The notes under the pieces are model-generated. The model saw only the letters and a program-made list of their open reading frames with translations. It did no database searches and was not told the origin of the DNA. Source: Nemertoderma westbladi (taxonomy: Eukaryota; Animalia; Xenacoelomorpha). From it: DNA of 64,000 nucleotides. The number at the start of each line of letters is the position of its first letter. Positions within the stretch are counted from its first letter, which is position 1. The DNA lies in assembly GCA_032718475.1 (NCBI GenBank), contig JAUCBJ010009108.1, positions 78,971-142,970 of the forward strand, read 5' to 3'. The position numbers and the translations under genes were made by a program. Of the stretch, positions 50,601 through 63,500 are shown one piece after another.

Positions 50601-53600
50601 CTCCCTACTGCACGCAATAATAATCTCCCTACTGCACGCAATATTAATCTCCCTGGACAATAATAATCTCGCTATTGCACGCAATATTAATCTCCCTGGA
50701 CAATAATAATCTCCCTACTGCACGCAATATTAATCTCCCTGGACAATAATAATCTCCCTACTGCACGCAATATTAATCTCCCTGGACAATAATAATCTCG
50801 CTATTGCACGCAATATTAATCTCCCTGGACAATAATAATCTCCCTACTGCACGCAATATTAATCTCCCTGGACAATAATAATCTCGCTATTGCACGCAAT
50901 ATTAATCTCCCTGGACAATAATAATCTCCCTACTGCACGCAATATTAATCTCCCTGGACAATAATAATCTCCCTACTGCACGCAATATTAATCTCCCTGG
51001 ACAATAATAATCTCCCTACTGCACGCAATATTAATCTCCCTGGACAATAATAATCTCGCTATTGCACGCAATATTAATCTCCCTGGACAATAATAATCTC
51101 CCTACTGCACGCAATATTAATCTCCCTGGACAATAATAATCTCCCTACTGCACGCAATATTAATCTCCCTGGACAATAATAATCTCCCTACTGCACGCAA
51201 TATTAATCTCCCTGGACAATAATAATCTCGCTATTGCACGCAATATTAATCTCCCTGGACAATAATAATCTCCCTACTGCACGCAATATTAATCTCCCTG
51301 GACAATAATAATCTCGCTATTGCACGCAATATTAATCTCCCTGGACAATAATAATCTCCCTACTGCACGCAATATTAATCTCCCTGGACAATAATAATCT
51401 CCCTACTGCACGCAATATTAATCTCCCTGGACAATAATAATCTCCCTACTGCACGCAATATTAATCTCCCTGGACAATAATAATCTCGCTATTGCACGCA
51501 ATATTAATCTCCCTGGACAATAATAATCTCCCTACTGCACGCAATATTAATCTCCCTGGACAATAATAATCTCGCTATTGCACGCAATATTAATCTCCCT
51601 GGACAATAATAATCTCCCTACTGCACGCAATATTAATCTCCCTGGACAATAATAATCTCCCTACTGCACGCAATATTAATCTCACTGGACAATAATAATC
51701 TCCCTACTGCACGCAATATTAATCTCCCCACTGCATGCAATAATAATCTCCCTACTGCACGCAATATTAAACTCCCTGGACAATAATAATCTCCCTACTG
51801 CACGCAATATTAATCTCCATGGACAATAATAATCTCCCTATTGCACGCAATATTTATCTCCCTGGACAATAATAATCTCCCTACTGCACGCAATATTAAT
51901 CTCCCTGGACAATAATAATCTCCCTACTGCACGCAATATTAATCTCCCTGGACAATAATAATCTCGCATTGCACGCAATATTAATCTCCCTGGACAATAA
52001 TAATCTCCCTACTGCACGCAATATTAATCTCCCCACTGCATGCAATAATAATCTCCCTACTGCACGCAATATTAATCTCCCTGGACAATAATAATCTCCC
52101 TACTGCACGCAATATTAATCTCCCTGGACAATAATAATCTCCCTACTGCACGCAATATTTATCTCCCTGGACAATAATAATCTCCCTACTGCACGCAATA
52201 TTAATCTCCCTGGACAATAATAATCTCCCTACTGCACGCAATATTAATCTCCCTGGACAATAATAATCTCCCTACTGCACGCAATATTAATCTCCCTGGA
52301 CAATAATAATCTCCCTACTGCACGCAATATTAATCTCCCTGGACAATAATAATCTCCCTACTGCACGCAATATTAATCTCCCTGGACAATAATAATCTCC
52401 CTACTGCCAGCAATATTAATCTCTCTGGACAATAATAATCTCCCTACTGCACGCAATATTAATCTCCCCACTGCATGCAATAATAATCTCCCTACTGCAC
52501 GCAATATTAATCTCCCTGGACAATAATAATCCCCCTACTGCACGCAATATTAATCTCCCTGGACAATAATAATCTCCCTACTGCACGCAATATTAATCTC
52601 CCTGGACAATAATAATCTCCCTACTGCACGCAATATTAATCTCCCCACTGCATGCAATAATAATCTCCCTACTGCACGCAATATTAATCTCCCTGGACAA
52701 TAATAATCCCCCTACTGCACGCAATATTAATCTCCCTGGACAATAATAATCTCCCTACTGCACGCAATATTAATCTCCCCACTGCATGCAATAATAATCT
52801 CCCTACTGCACGCAATATTAATCTCCCTGGACAATAATAATCTCCCTACTGCACGCAATATTAATCTCCCTGGACAATAATAATCTCCCTACTGCACGCA
52901 ATATTAATCTCCCCACTGCATGCAATAATAATCTCCCTACTGCACGCAATATTAATCTCCCTGGACAATAATAATCCCCCTACTGCACGCAATATTAATC
53001 TCCCTGGACAATAATAATCTCCCTACTGCACGCAATATTAATCTCCCCACTGCATGCAATAATAATCTCCCTACTGCACGCAATATTAATCTCCCTGGAC
53101 AATAATAATCTCCCTACTGCCAGCAATATTAATCTCCCTGGACAATAATAATCTCCCTACTGCACGCAATATTAATCTCCCCACTGCATGCAATAATAAT
53201 CTCCCTGCTGCACGCAATATTAATCTCCCTGGACAATAATAATCTCCCTACTGCACGCAATATTAATCTCCCTGGACAATAATAATCTCCCTACTGCACG
53301 CAATATTAATCTCCCTGGACAATAATAATCTCCCTACTGCACGCAATATTAATCTCCCTGGACAATAATAATCTCCCTACTGCACGCAATATTAATCTCC
53401 CTGGACAATAATAATCTCCCTACTGCACGCAATATTAATCTCCCTGGACAATAATAATCCCCCTACTGCACGCAATATTAATCTCCCTGGACAATAATAA
53501 TCCCCCTACTGCACGCAATATTAATCTCCCTGGACAATAATAATCCCCCTACTGCACGCAATATTAATCTCCCTGGACAATAATAATCCCCCTACTGCAC

Positions 53601-55602
53601 GCAATATTAATCTCCCTGGACAATAATAATCCCCCTACTGCACGCAATATTAATCTCCCTGGACAATAATAATCCCCCTACTGCACGCAATATTAATCTC
53701 CCTGGACAATAATAATCCCCCTACTGCACGCAATATTAATCTCCCTGGACAATAATAATCTCCCTACTGCACGCAATATTAATCTCCCTGGACAATAATA
53801 ATCCCCCTACTGCACGCAATATTAATCTCCCTGGACAATAATAATCCCCCTACTGCACGCAATATTAATCTCCCTGGACAATAATAATCCCCCTACTGCA
53901 CGCAATATTAATCTCCCTGGACAATAATAATCCCCCTACTGCACGCAATATTAATCTCCCTGGACAATAATAATCCCCCTACTGCACGCAATATTAATCT
54001 CCCTGGACAATAATAATCCCCCTACTGCACGCAATATTAATCTCCCTGGACAATAATAATCCCCCTACTGCACGCAATATTAATCTCCCTGGACAATAAT
54101 AATCCCCCTACTGCACGCAATATTAATCTCCCTGGACAATAATAATCCCCCTACTGCACGCAATATTAATCTCCCTGGACAATAATAATCCCCCTACTGC
54201 ACGCAATATTAATCTCCCTGGACAATAATAATCTCCCTACTGCACGCAATATTAATCTCCCTGGACAATAATAATCCCCCTACTGCACGCAATATTAATC
54301 TCCCTGGACAATAATAATCTCCCTACTGCACGCAATATTTATCTCCCTGGACAATAATAATCTCCCTACTGCACGCAATATTAATCTCCCTGGACAATAA
54401 TAATCTCCCTACTGCACGCAATATTAATCTCCCTGGACAATAATAATCCCCCTACTGCACGCAATATTAATCTCCCTGGACAATAATAATCCCCCTACTG
54501 CACGCAATATTAATCTCCCTGGACAATAATAATCTCCCTACTGCCAGCAATATTAATCTCCCTGGACAATAATAATCTCCCTACTGCACGCAATATTAAT
54601 CTCCCCACTGCATGCAATAATAATCTCCCTGCTGCACGCAATATTAATCTCCCTGGACAATAATAATCTCCCTACTGCACGCAATATTAATCTCCCTGGA
54701 CAATAATAATCTCCCTACTGCACGCAATATTTATCTCCCTGGACAATAATAATCTCCCTACTGCACGCAATATTAATCTCCCTGGACAATAATAATCTCC
54801 CTACTGCACGCAATATTAATCTCCCTGGACAATAATAATCTCCCTACTGCACGCAATATTAATCTCCCTGGACAATAATAATCTCCCTACTGCACGCAAT
54901 ATTAATCTCCCTGGACAATAATAATCTCCCTACTGCACGCAATATTAATCTCCCTGGACAATAATAATCTCCCTACTGCACGCAATATTAATCTCCCTGG
55001 ACAATAATAATCTCCCTACTGCACGCAATATTAATCTCCCTGGACAATAATAATCTCCCTACTGCACGCAATATTAATCTCCCTGGACAATAATAATCTC
55101 CCTACTGCACGCAATATTTATCTCCCTGGACAATAATAATCTCCCTACTGCACGCAATATTAATCTCCCTGGACAATAATAATCTCCCTACTGCACGCAA
55201 TATTAATCTCCCTGGACAATAATAATCTCCCTACTGCACGCAATATTAATCTCCCTGGACAATAATAATCTCCCTACTGCACGCAATATTAATCTCCCTG
55301 GACAATAATAATCTCCCTACTGCACGCAATATTAATCTCCCTGGACAATAATAATCTCCCTACTGCACGCAATATTTATCTCCCTGGACAATAATAATCT
55401 CCCTACTGCACGCAATATTAATCTCCCTGGACAATAATAATCTCCCTACTGCACGCAATATTAATCTCCCTGGACAATAATAATCTCCCTACTGCACGCA
55501 ATATTAATCTCCCTGGACAATAATAATCTCCCTACTGCACGCAATATTAATCTCCCTGGACAATATTAATCTCCCTGGACAATAATAATCTCCCTACTGC
55601 AC
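47692..55602. repeat. 43-bp satellite array, ~7.9 kb, ~180 units (CCCTACTGCACGCAATATTAATCT + CCCTGGACAATAATAATCT)
   Basis: Directly visible. Made of 24-bp and 19-bp related subunits, with no unique spacers. Confidence 0.98.
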
Positions 55603-56744
55603 AAATAATACTATTACTGCCACAGGCTATATAAATATCACAGCTGCACCCAAAAATTATTACACACCTACAAACATGACCATAGATAATTTTCTAGTAA
55701 CAACTGCTAATAAAAATGCCTTAACTTGAACAAAAGGAATGTCGATATCTGAACTTCTGATTGATGTGTTGCCAACCCACGGATTGTGTGTGGTGTGGGT
55801 GGATACATAAAGTTTGAATGTCTCTTTGAACAAATTGGAGATAATAAGTTGTAATATTTCCCATACAGATTAAAATGTGGGTGTATTGGATACCTAACTT
55901 TAATTAGACATTCATAATTAGAGTTGAACATATGAATAACTGAATTTTACAAAATAACAATTTAACATGGATTTATTAGTGTAACAGCTTAAGAAAGAAA
56001 GATTAAACATGTAGATCTCTGAGGCTTGCTTAACAAAACTTTGTATAATAACTTGACATGTGGATCACATTGGATGCCACAATCATTAGAACTTTCGTTG
56101 GGCAAAGCCTTCCAATCTGGAGGTCACCAGTTCGATCCCACCTTGACATCTTTGCCGACTCTGCAAATCTGTGCCCTACGAAAGTTATAAATAATAATAC
56201 AATATTATTAAATCATTGAATATCATCGATCGATAGTGGTTTGCGGGTATCTTTATTAAAGTGGTTTGGACACCTCTAGATGTCAATGTTTCACTGAAAA
56301 AGTTTTACTACTGACAATTTTATGAACTGTCAATCACTCACAAACACTCAACTTCTGGAATCCCAGGTCGCTCTATTGTGGATGATAACCATTGTATGCT
56401 AGGCGTAGGATAGGCCTAACTGTAACTCTTTACATAAATGGATATGAATTTCATTAATATTCATCCTTAACATTTGAATATCAATTAAATCCCGGCATGT
56501 TGACATAATGTAACACGTTCGTGGGGCATTCGCGCAGCACGCAATCTCAGTTATGAGATACAGATTAATTGTATCACAAACTCGGTATCTAAGAAATTTA
56601 ACCAAAAACCAGTAAATCAAAGAGAGGGAAAGCCCCCCCCCCCCCTCCCCCACCCCTCTGAACCTTACTCTTAATCTGCACCACTCCAATCCAAGACGCA
56701 CACAGGATTGATGAAAGGCAAAATTTGTGTTTTAAAAGTAATAC

Positions 56745-57245
56745 GTTATATTTATTTTTAATCTAACTAAATTTTCTTGTTCCTCACTTTCTTCCTGATC
56801 TTCACTTTCTTCATTCTCTTCCTCTCATTTACTGTCTTCACCCTCTTCCCGACCTTCACTTTCTTCGTCCTCTTCCTGACCTTCATTCTCAACCTCACTC
56901 TCTTCAACTTCATCCTGACCCTCACTATTTTCATTCTCCATCTCATCGTCCTCTCCTTCTTCATCTTTTACACTCAAATTTTCATTTTCTAAAGGTAACT
57001 GATTTTGTATCCCTTTCAAAATATTCATTACTTTATGAAATTTATTTTCCATTGTCTGTTTTATCTTTAATATATCACGCTCATCTCTCTTTTTCTTTTC
57101 ATCTTCACTAAAAATATCTTCGGATTTTTGAAATTTCTTTGGTTAGCTTTCATTAGTTTATCCTTTCTATGTCTTCCATATGACGAGATAGGTTGTCTTG
57201 TCTCATGTCTTTATTACAAACCAAACAACTTTCATGTCTATGCAT
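56745..57245 (-). pseudogene. C2H2 zinc-finger plus highly acidic protein, frameshifted, probably Polinton-associated
   Basis: TATATA directly precedes ATG. MHRHESCLVCNKDMRQDNLSRHM..H, then KQTMENKF... and an E/D-rich tract. Confidence 0.6.
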
Positions 57246-57394
57246 TATATAAGAATATCAATTAATAGTATTGAATTTTCGCTAAATGATTTTACAAATT
57301 ATAATTATAATGAGTAAAATTGTAAATTTTAAATAAATAAAACTTTTAAAAATTAAAATATATAATGAATGGGAAAGCAGTTAGTTAGTTTGGA

Positions 57395-57482
57395 GTAGCC
57401 AATGAGACAGCAGATGCGAGTAAAGCAGCCAATGAGAGAGCAGATGCGAGTAAAGCAGCCAATGAGAGAGCAGATGCGAGTA
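57395..57482. repeat. 30-bp tandem repeat x3, each with a CCAAT box
   Basis: gcagCCAATgagagagcagatgcgagtaaa. Confidence 0.85.
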
Positions 57483-57554
57483 CACTCTTAATTTCTTTTC
57501 CCGTTTTTCGTTCATGATCAAATGATCAGCTTGAAGGCCTTGGACCCTTAATCT

Positions 57555-57890
57555 TAGCCTCAGTGCCTCAGTGAGGCATAGTCTGTGTCTTAGTGCATCA
57601 GTGAGGCATAGTCTGTGCCTCAGTGAGGCATAGTCTGAGCCTCAGTGAGGCATAGTCTGAGCCTCAGTGAGGCATAGTGTGTGCCTCAGTGAGGCATAGT
57701 CTGAGTCTCAGTAAGGCATAGTCTGTGCCTCAGTGAGGCATAGTCTGAGCCTCAGTGAGGCATAGTCTGTGCCTCAGTGAGGCATAGTCTGAGCCTCAGT
57801 GAGGCATAGTCTGAGCCTCAGTGAGGCATAGTCTGAGCCACAGTGAGACATAGTCTGAGCCTCAGTGAGGCATTGTCTGAGCCTCAGACC
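57555..57890. repeat. 22-bp tandem repeat with palindromic core GCCTCAGTGAGGC
   Basis: gcctcagtgaggcatagtctga, about 15 units. Confidence 0.9.
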
Positions 57891-57944
57891 TAAAACTTGA
57901 GACTTTAGGAGTGCCTCAGGCCTTAAATCCGAGTCTTTAGCAGC

Positions 57945-58550
57945 AGATTGGAGAACTGCGGACTGATCAACCTCCTCAGTAAAGTATAGCCTATATCATA
58001 GTAGATGCCTACCAAGTTTCAGCCTAAATGGATTAAAAACAATCAAATGAGATCAGGTTTTCACTTTGAGACATTTCGCCCTCTAGCGGCAGACTGGGGA
58101 ACTTCCGACTACTCTGCGACTCCATAAAAGATATAGCCTATATTTTAATAGATACCTACCAAGTTTCAGCCTAAATGAATTAAAAACAATGAAATGAGAT
58201 CAGGTTTTCACTTTGAGACATTTCGCCCTCTAGCGGCAGACTAGGGAACTTCAGACTACTCTGCAACTTCGTAAAAGATATAGCCTATATTGTAATAGAT
58301 ACCTACCAAGTTTCAGCGTAAATGAATTAAAAGCAATCAAATGAGATCAGGTTTTCACTTTGGGACATTTTGCCCTCTAGCGGCAGACTGGGGAAATTCA
58401 GACGACTCAGCAACTCCTTAAAAGATATAGCCTATAGCGTAGTAGTTGCTTACCAAGTTTAAACCTAAGCGGATTGTAAATAACAAAGTTAGAGAAGATG
58501 TTAATTTTCAGATAATGCGCCCTCTAGTGGCAGACTATAGAACTGTAGAT
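57945..58550. repeat. 147-bp tandem repeat x4, each with a CTCF-like motif
   Basis: tagccta at 57987, 58134, 58281 and 58428. (t/g)(c/t)gccctctag(c/t)ggc in each unit. Confidence 0.85.
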
Positions 58551-59471
58551 GGCTGGATATAGGTAAGAGATACCATTGGATACAGCTAAGAGTAATTTGT
58601 AATCACAGGTGTCACGAGAGGGGGGGCAGGGCGCTTGGATACAACCAATATTAACAACCGCTGCTTGGTTAAAGCTGCTTGTGGTCAAAGGTCAACATTA
58701 AAGCTGCCTAGATATAGCTAAAGAAGTTAGGAAAGAGCAGAGGTGTGTGTCACTTAAGACACCCGTTTGCTCCTCTAGGTGATGGTTAGACAACACTCAT
58801 GACCCATTGGGTGTTAGGGTGCTAATCGGTTTGATTAATTAGGATAATCAATTAAACCCTAATTAGGAGTCGTAAGACACCTATTAGGGATTAAATATAC
58901 TAATTAATTGATGACACCCGTCAATTAGGGTCTAATTAGCCTAATTGGGGGGTGTCACCCAGACAGTCTAGCGCCAATGACACCCTATGGGTGCTAAGAC
59001 TCATGAGTGTGGTCTAAGTGTCGCCGAGAGGATCAAACGCCTACTACTTGTATATAAAGTGATAGAAACTGCACAAATTAAATTAGTTGCTGTTTAAATA
59101 AATGTAAAAATCACATAAATTATGTGATAAAAAAGTTAGCTTATATTTATGGTAGCGTTTGGAGCCATGTTAATAGTTTATAGCTACTGGTTATTAATAG
59201 CTACCGGTAGGTAATGCAGTAGGCCTATCTGCTGTCAGGTAATTAGTTATATATACCACTTATTGTTTATATGGTAACCAATGACGCCGTAACTTTATAG
59301 CGCGTCATCATTGGTTACCAAATGATGAAGAGAGATTTTTACAACACCAATACAATACAACCGATATACAGGCCAATACAATATTGCAATGTCCTCTAAA
59401 GTTGTAAAGTGCTAAATAACAACTCGCTGTTAATTCTACCGGCTTTGAGTAATGTTACAATTTTGGAATAA

Positions 59472-60312
59472 TAACTATTTACATACTTGTGTGTAAAGTA
59501 GCACTTTACAGTGTGATGATCCGAGTGGCTTTGTTACACGAACGAACGTTAGTGAGTGAGTGAAAATAAAGCCACGAGGATCAGAATACTGTAAAGTACT
59601 TTGCAACAAGTATGTATGTAGTTTTGTTCCAAAATTTTAACATTACGAAATGATTGTACATATACATTCTGTAAGTGATGCACAAATTAAATTAGTTGCT
59701 GTATAAATAAATGTAAAAATGACATAAATTATGTTATAAATAAGTTAGCTTATATTTATGGTGGCGTTTGGCCATGTTATAATAATATAGCTAGGCTCTA
59801 CTGGTTATTAATAGCTATACCCCGCCTACCGGCAGGTAATGCAGACAGCAGACAGCCTATCTGGCTGTCAGGCAAATTTCCACCTATTGTTTACGTGGTA
59901 ACCAATGACGCCGTTAAGGAATGTCCCCTTAGTGGACATTACTTAACGCCGCCATTGGTTACCACGTAAAGCCGGCACAGCATTCTTAAAAATGCATCTG
60001 CAATGCAGCATGCCGATCCTAGTAGTAGTACCACGTAAACAATAACACCAAATACAATACTAAATGTACAGGCCAATACAATGCTGTAATGTCCTCTAAA
60101 GTTGTAAAGTGCTAATTAACAACTCGCTGTTAACACTAACGGCGTGAGTAATGTTACAATTTTGGAATAAAGTACTTTACAGTGTTCTGACCATCTTATA
60201 TTTATTTTTATTTGCGCTTACAGACTAATGTTAAAGTCGCACGTGTCAATACTGTATAACTCAGATCATCATGCTGTAAAGTGCAACTTTACACACAAGA
60301 ATGTAAATAATT
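59472..60312. mobile_element. Full non-autonomous DNA element with ~55-bp TIRs (a partial copy precedes it at 59049-59470)
   Basis: tatttacatacttgtgtgtaaagt.gcactttacag..tgatgatc.gagt is inverted at 60259-60312. Confidence 0.7.
59971..60028 (+). mobile_element. 58-bp extremely 5'-truncated copy of the RTE-type LINE
   Basis: Matches 734-792 including the (TAG)n tail. 11-bp TSD taccacgtaaa (59960-59970 and 60029-60039). Confidence 0.9.
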
Positions 60313-60565
60313 ATTACTTTAGTTTGTAATCGCGTCGAAAGGGGATCAGACCTCGGAATTTCCGGGATAGGGACCGGAATTGCATTGCCACTATCGGGAT
60401 CCCGGTTTTTCGGGATCAGGATCCCATTTACACACTATTTTGTAATTTAAACTGCCATTTGTATCACTCACTAAATTATTTTGTTTAAATTATTTAATTG
60501 TTTTTCTTTTAGATTCAATTGACATCCATAATCAAACTGTGTTACACTCTATAGTCGCAGGAGGC

Positions 60566-63500
60566 ATGGCGTTAAAGAAATCCGTTGTTAAAAACATTTC
60601 TGAGCAGTACCATCATTTAAACTACATGGTCCAATCTGCAGCTTTGATAAACTCAGTTGATAAGTATCTTAGCCGCAAGTACATGACTTTAGCACACAAA
60701 TTATCTAAGAAAGCTGTTATACGCATGGACACTGATCTTAAGCGAATGACTTGCAAGCATTGCCATAGCCTGCTGGAGGCGCATGTATCGGCGACTTTGC
60801 GACTTAGATCGGGTAATCGCAAACATTCTGTTCTTACTTGCCATAACTGTGGTAACCAAAAGAAGATTTATTATAACAACAGACCTCAAGAACTATGGAG
60901 CAAGAACCCCTTAGGTGCGGAAATTCACGAGAAACAATATGTAGTAAAAGATCATAAAGAAAGCGTTAATGAAGGTACTCTTGGGAAAATATCAAAACCT
61001 GGTAATGGTTTGAATGATAAATTTAACTCAGATTGTAATAACATTGTAGTACCTGCATCTAAAGAAGTAGATAGTTTGGAGCATCAGTATATATCATTGC
61101 TCAATATGTATGGTAAAACTAAAAACTTGTCAGCACTATGGGATGATTTTCTGGAAGTCCTGGAACAATTTAAGATAAGGAAATTAGGTCTACCATGTGA
61201 GATCCCTAGCCGCTTGAAAAGTATGTTGACTGCGGCAGATAAATATGCGGGCTTGTTTGTGAAGAATGATGCCAAAGATAACATTAAAGTAGTAAATAGG
61301 ACTATTGATTCAATGAATTTGGCTGATGTTGATCCAAAAATGGCCATGACCAGCACATTTTGCCATCTGTGGTCTGATACAACTAATGTGAACCTCCCCC
61401 TTCCGCCATGGTTGGAAGTTGGTTCTGGTAGTGATGGTTTACCAATTCCTCCTAAGTGCCGACCGCCACCTTTGTCATTCTGGTCAGCTATGTCATGCTA
61501 TCCACCTGAGTGGAAAATGCACAGAAATAAGATCAATCATCCTCGAATGAGCGACTTTGCTGAATTCATATCCATTTATGAGCACAACCTGGAGAGAATT
61601 AACCATGTGGACGTGGAACATCCTGTCAGTGATACTCCAACATCTCCGGATCCTTCTGCTGTCATTATCACTTCCAAATCGGGCTTGATTAATCCCCTTG
61701 ATTCCAGCTTTGAAGAACAGCCTAGTTTGTCTTTCGCAGCCGAAATTGTGAAGACGAGACTTGTATGTAGGAATAAAATAGTACAAGTTGATTCGCAGGA
61801 AGATTCAATGACATTGCGTTATAAAACAGTCCCTCTTCCTGGGCCTGCCCCAACTGAACCTCAACCACTCACTTATTCTGGGACCGTCTCAGATTTTGGA
61901 TTAGCTCCACTTCCAGACCCCATAGCAGCTCCACCATTGCCCAACGATGACCGAGCTCCACCACCTCCATCTCCAATACCTTCAACAGATGTTACACAAA
62001 TGCGTGATTTGAACAAGACCATGAAAATACCACTGGACTTTGATATCTCCAATTTGTATGACAATGATTTCTTATATAATTCGTTTGATGAACTACCAGG
62101 TCTGCAAATTGTTGAACCAGAAGGATTTGATGTGGAATTCTTTACTGGTAAACCAGAAGATTCCCTTCCAAAGTCAAGTTTAAAAAATATTCAAATTGGC
62201 TTAACATCTCCTTGCCAATCAACCTCAAAGCGACGCTTTTCACATTTAAGCCCTGATTATGATACTGGTCCAAAAAAACATAGATACAGTGAATCAGAAG
62301 GCATCTCACCTGGAGGTTGTCTGCAAATAGTTGAACCAGAGTCGTATGACTCTGAAAGCCCAGATGGAGAACACAATGGCAGTTACTGTAAAGTTTCCGA
62401 TAACATAAATAAAGACATCAGGGTGGGGGAAATTGGAAAAGAAAACGTTGCTAGCCCTAGATCGGAAGCTAAATTGAATTTTGCTATAGAAAAGGGACAT
62501 TATTCGTTAGTTCAACCAGAGTCATATGATATTGGGAATGAAGACCCAGTCAAACATAATCCTCAAGTAGGGAGTGATGCAAGGCACGCAGTAGAGAAAA
62601 TAAGTTTAGATAGCCAAAATAGTCCAGTTCGTGATCTACAAAATATTCTAAAACGGGAGTGTAGTAGTAGCAATGAGTTTCTTGAACAGTGCAATAGTGA
62701 TAAAGCCGAAAATTTTGGAATAGTCAAACCAACTGGAAGTGAAAAAGCATTGGATGATACAAATATGGTAATCGCCACAGATGTAGATATAGAAGTAGGT
62801 CTACCATTTGTCGGAAAACAGTGCAATGTTGACAATATCCAAGGCAATATTGATCAAAAAATGGATAGTTATTCAGATAACAATGGTAACTCATTTAAAC
62901 AAGATGTTGACATGAGATGTTCATTAGATGTGGATATGAGAATTCCTGATATCGACATGAGACTTATGAGTGCAAATAATAGTCATACGATCAATACGGA
63001 ATCATTTACTAAAGAATCTTATGGGTTGAATATTAGTAACGTGGTAAGTCATTGTAATAATCGTACAATTCCAGACGTCAGTAGCGAGGAGGTGTCTGGG
63101 GGTTGGGAAGCAGCTTCTTGTAGTTGGCCTTCCTATGTACATCGTATCGATATACCGAGAAGTGTAATTCGTACCCATTGGAAGGAGAAGCGTCATCAGC
63201 CACGGATATTGGAGGGAAATATAGTGTGGGAGTGGCAATGTAAGGATATTGTACCTGTTGATCCGCGAATAGCTAGTGCCGAGGTTCGCGCGAAAAGAAA
63301 CTTAGAACGGGATGCCTACAATATGAAGAAATATAAAATTAAATCGTCTCATAAAGAGAAAAATGAGATGTCCAAGTTTTTGAATTCATATCTCGAACCA
63401 ATTTCATTTAAACCCAAGGGAATCGTGATTGCAGAGACCATAAAGGAACCACGACCAGCTCCTTATACCGAAATTGTTACTGATTTGGTCAAGAAGGACG

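Larger units (their letters stand above)
56745..59048. mobile_element. Probable Polinton/Maverick terminal remnant
   Basis: Ends ...CCTACTACT (AGTAGT on the other strand), abutting a truncated MITE. Has stacked subterminal tandem repeats and a TATATA-ATG zinc-finger gene. No polB, integrase or capsid is seen. Confidence 0.5.

Noticed and set aside
47692-55602. CRISPR array
   Set aside because: Contiguous tandem units with no unique spacers, no cas genes, and a eukaryotic context.
45365-60312. Single 15-kb transposon with ~600-bp TIRs around the satellite
   Set aside because: The right copy (59472-60312) has its own TIR pair, so these are independent, oppositely oriented copies.
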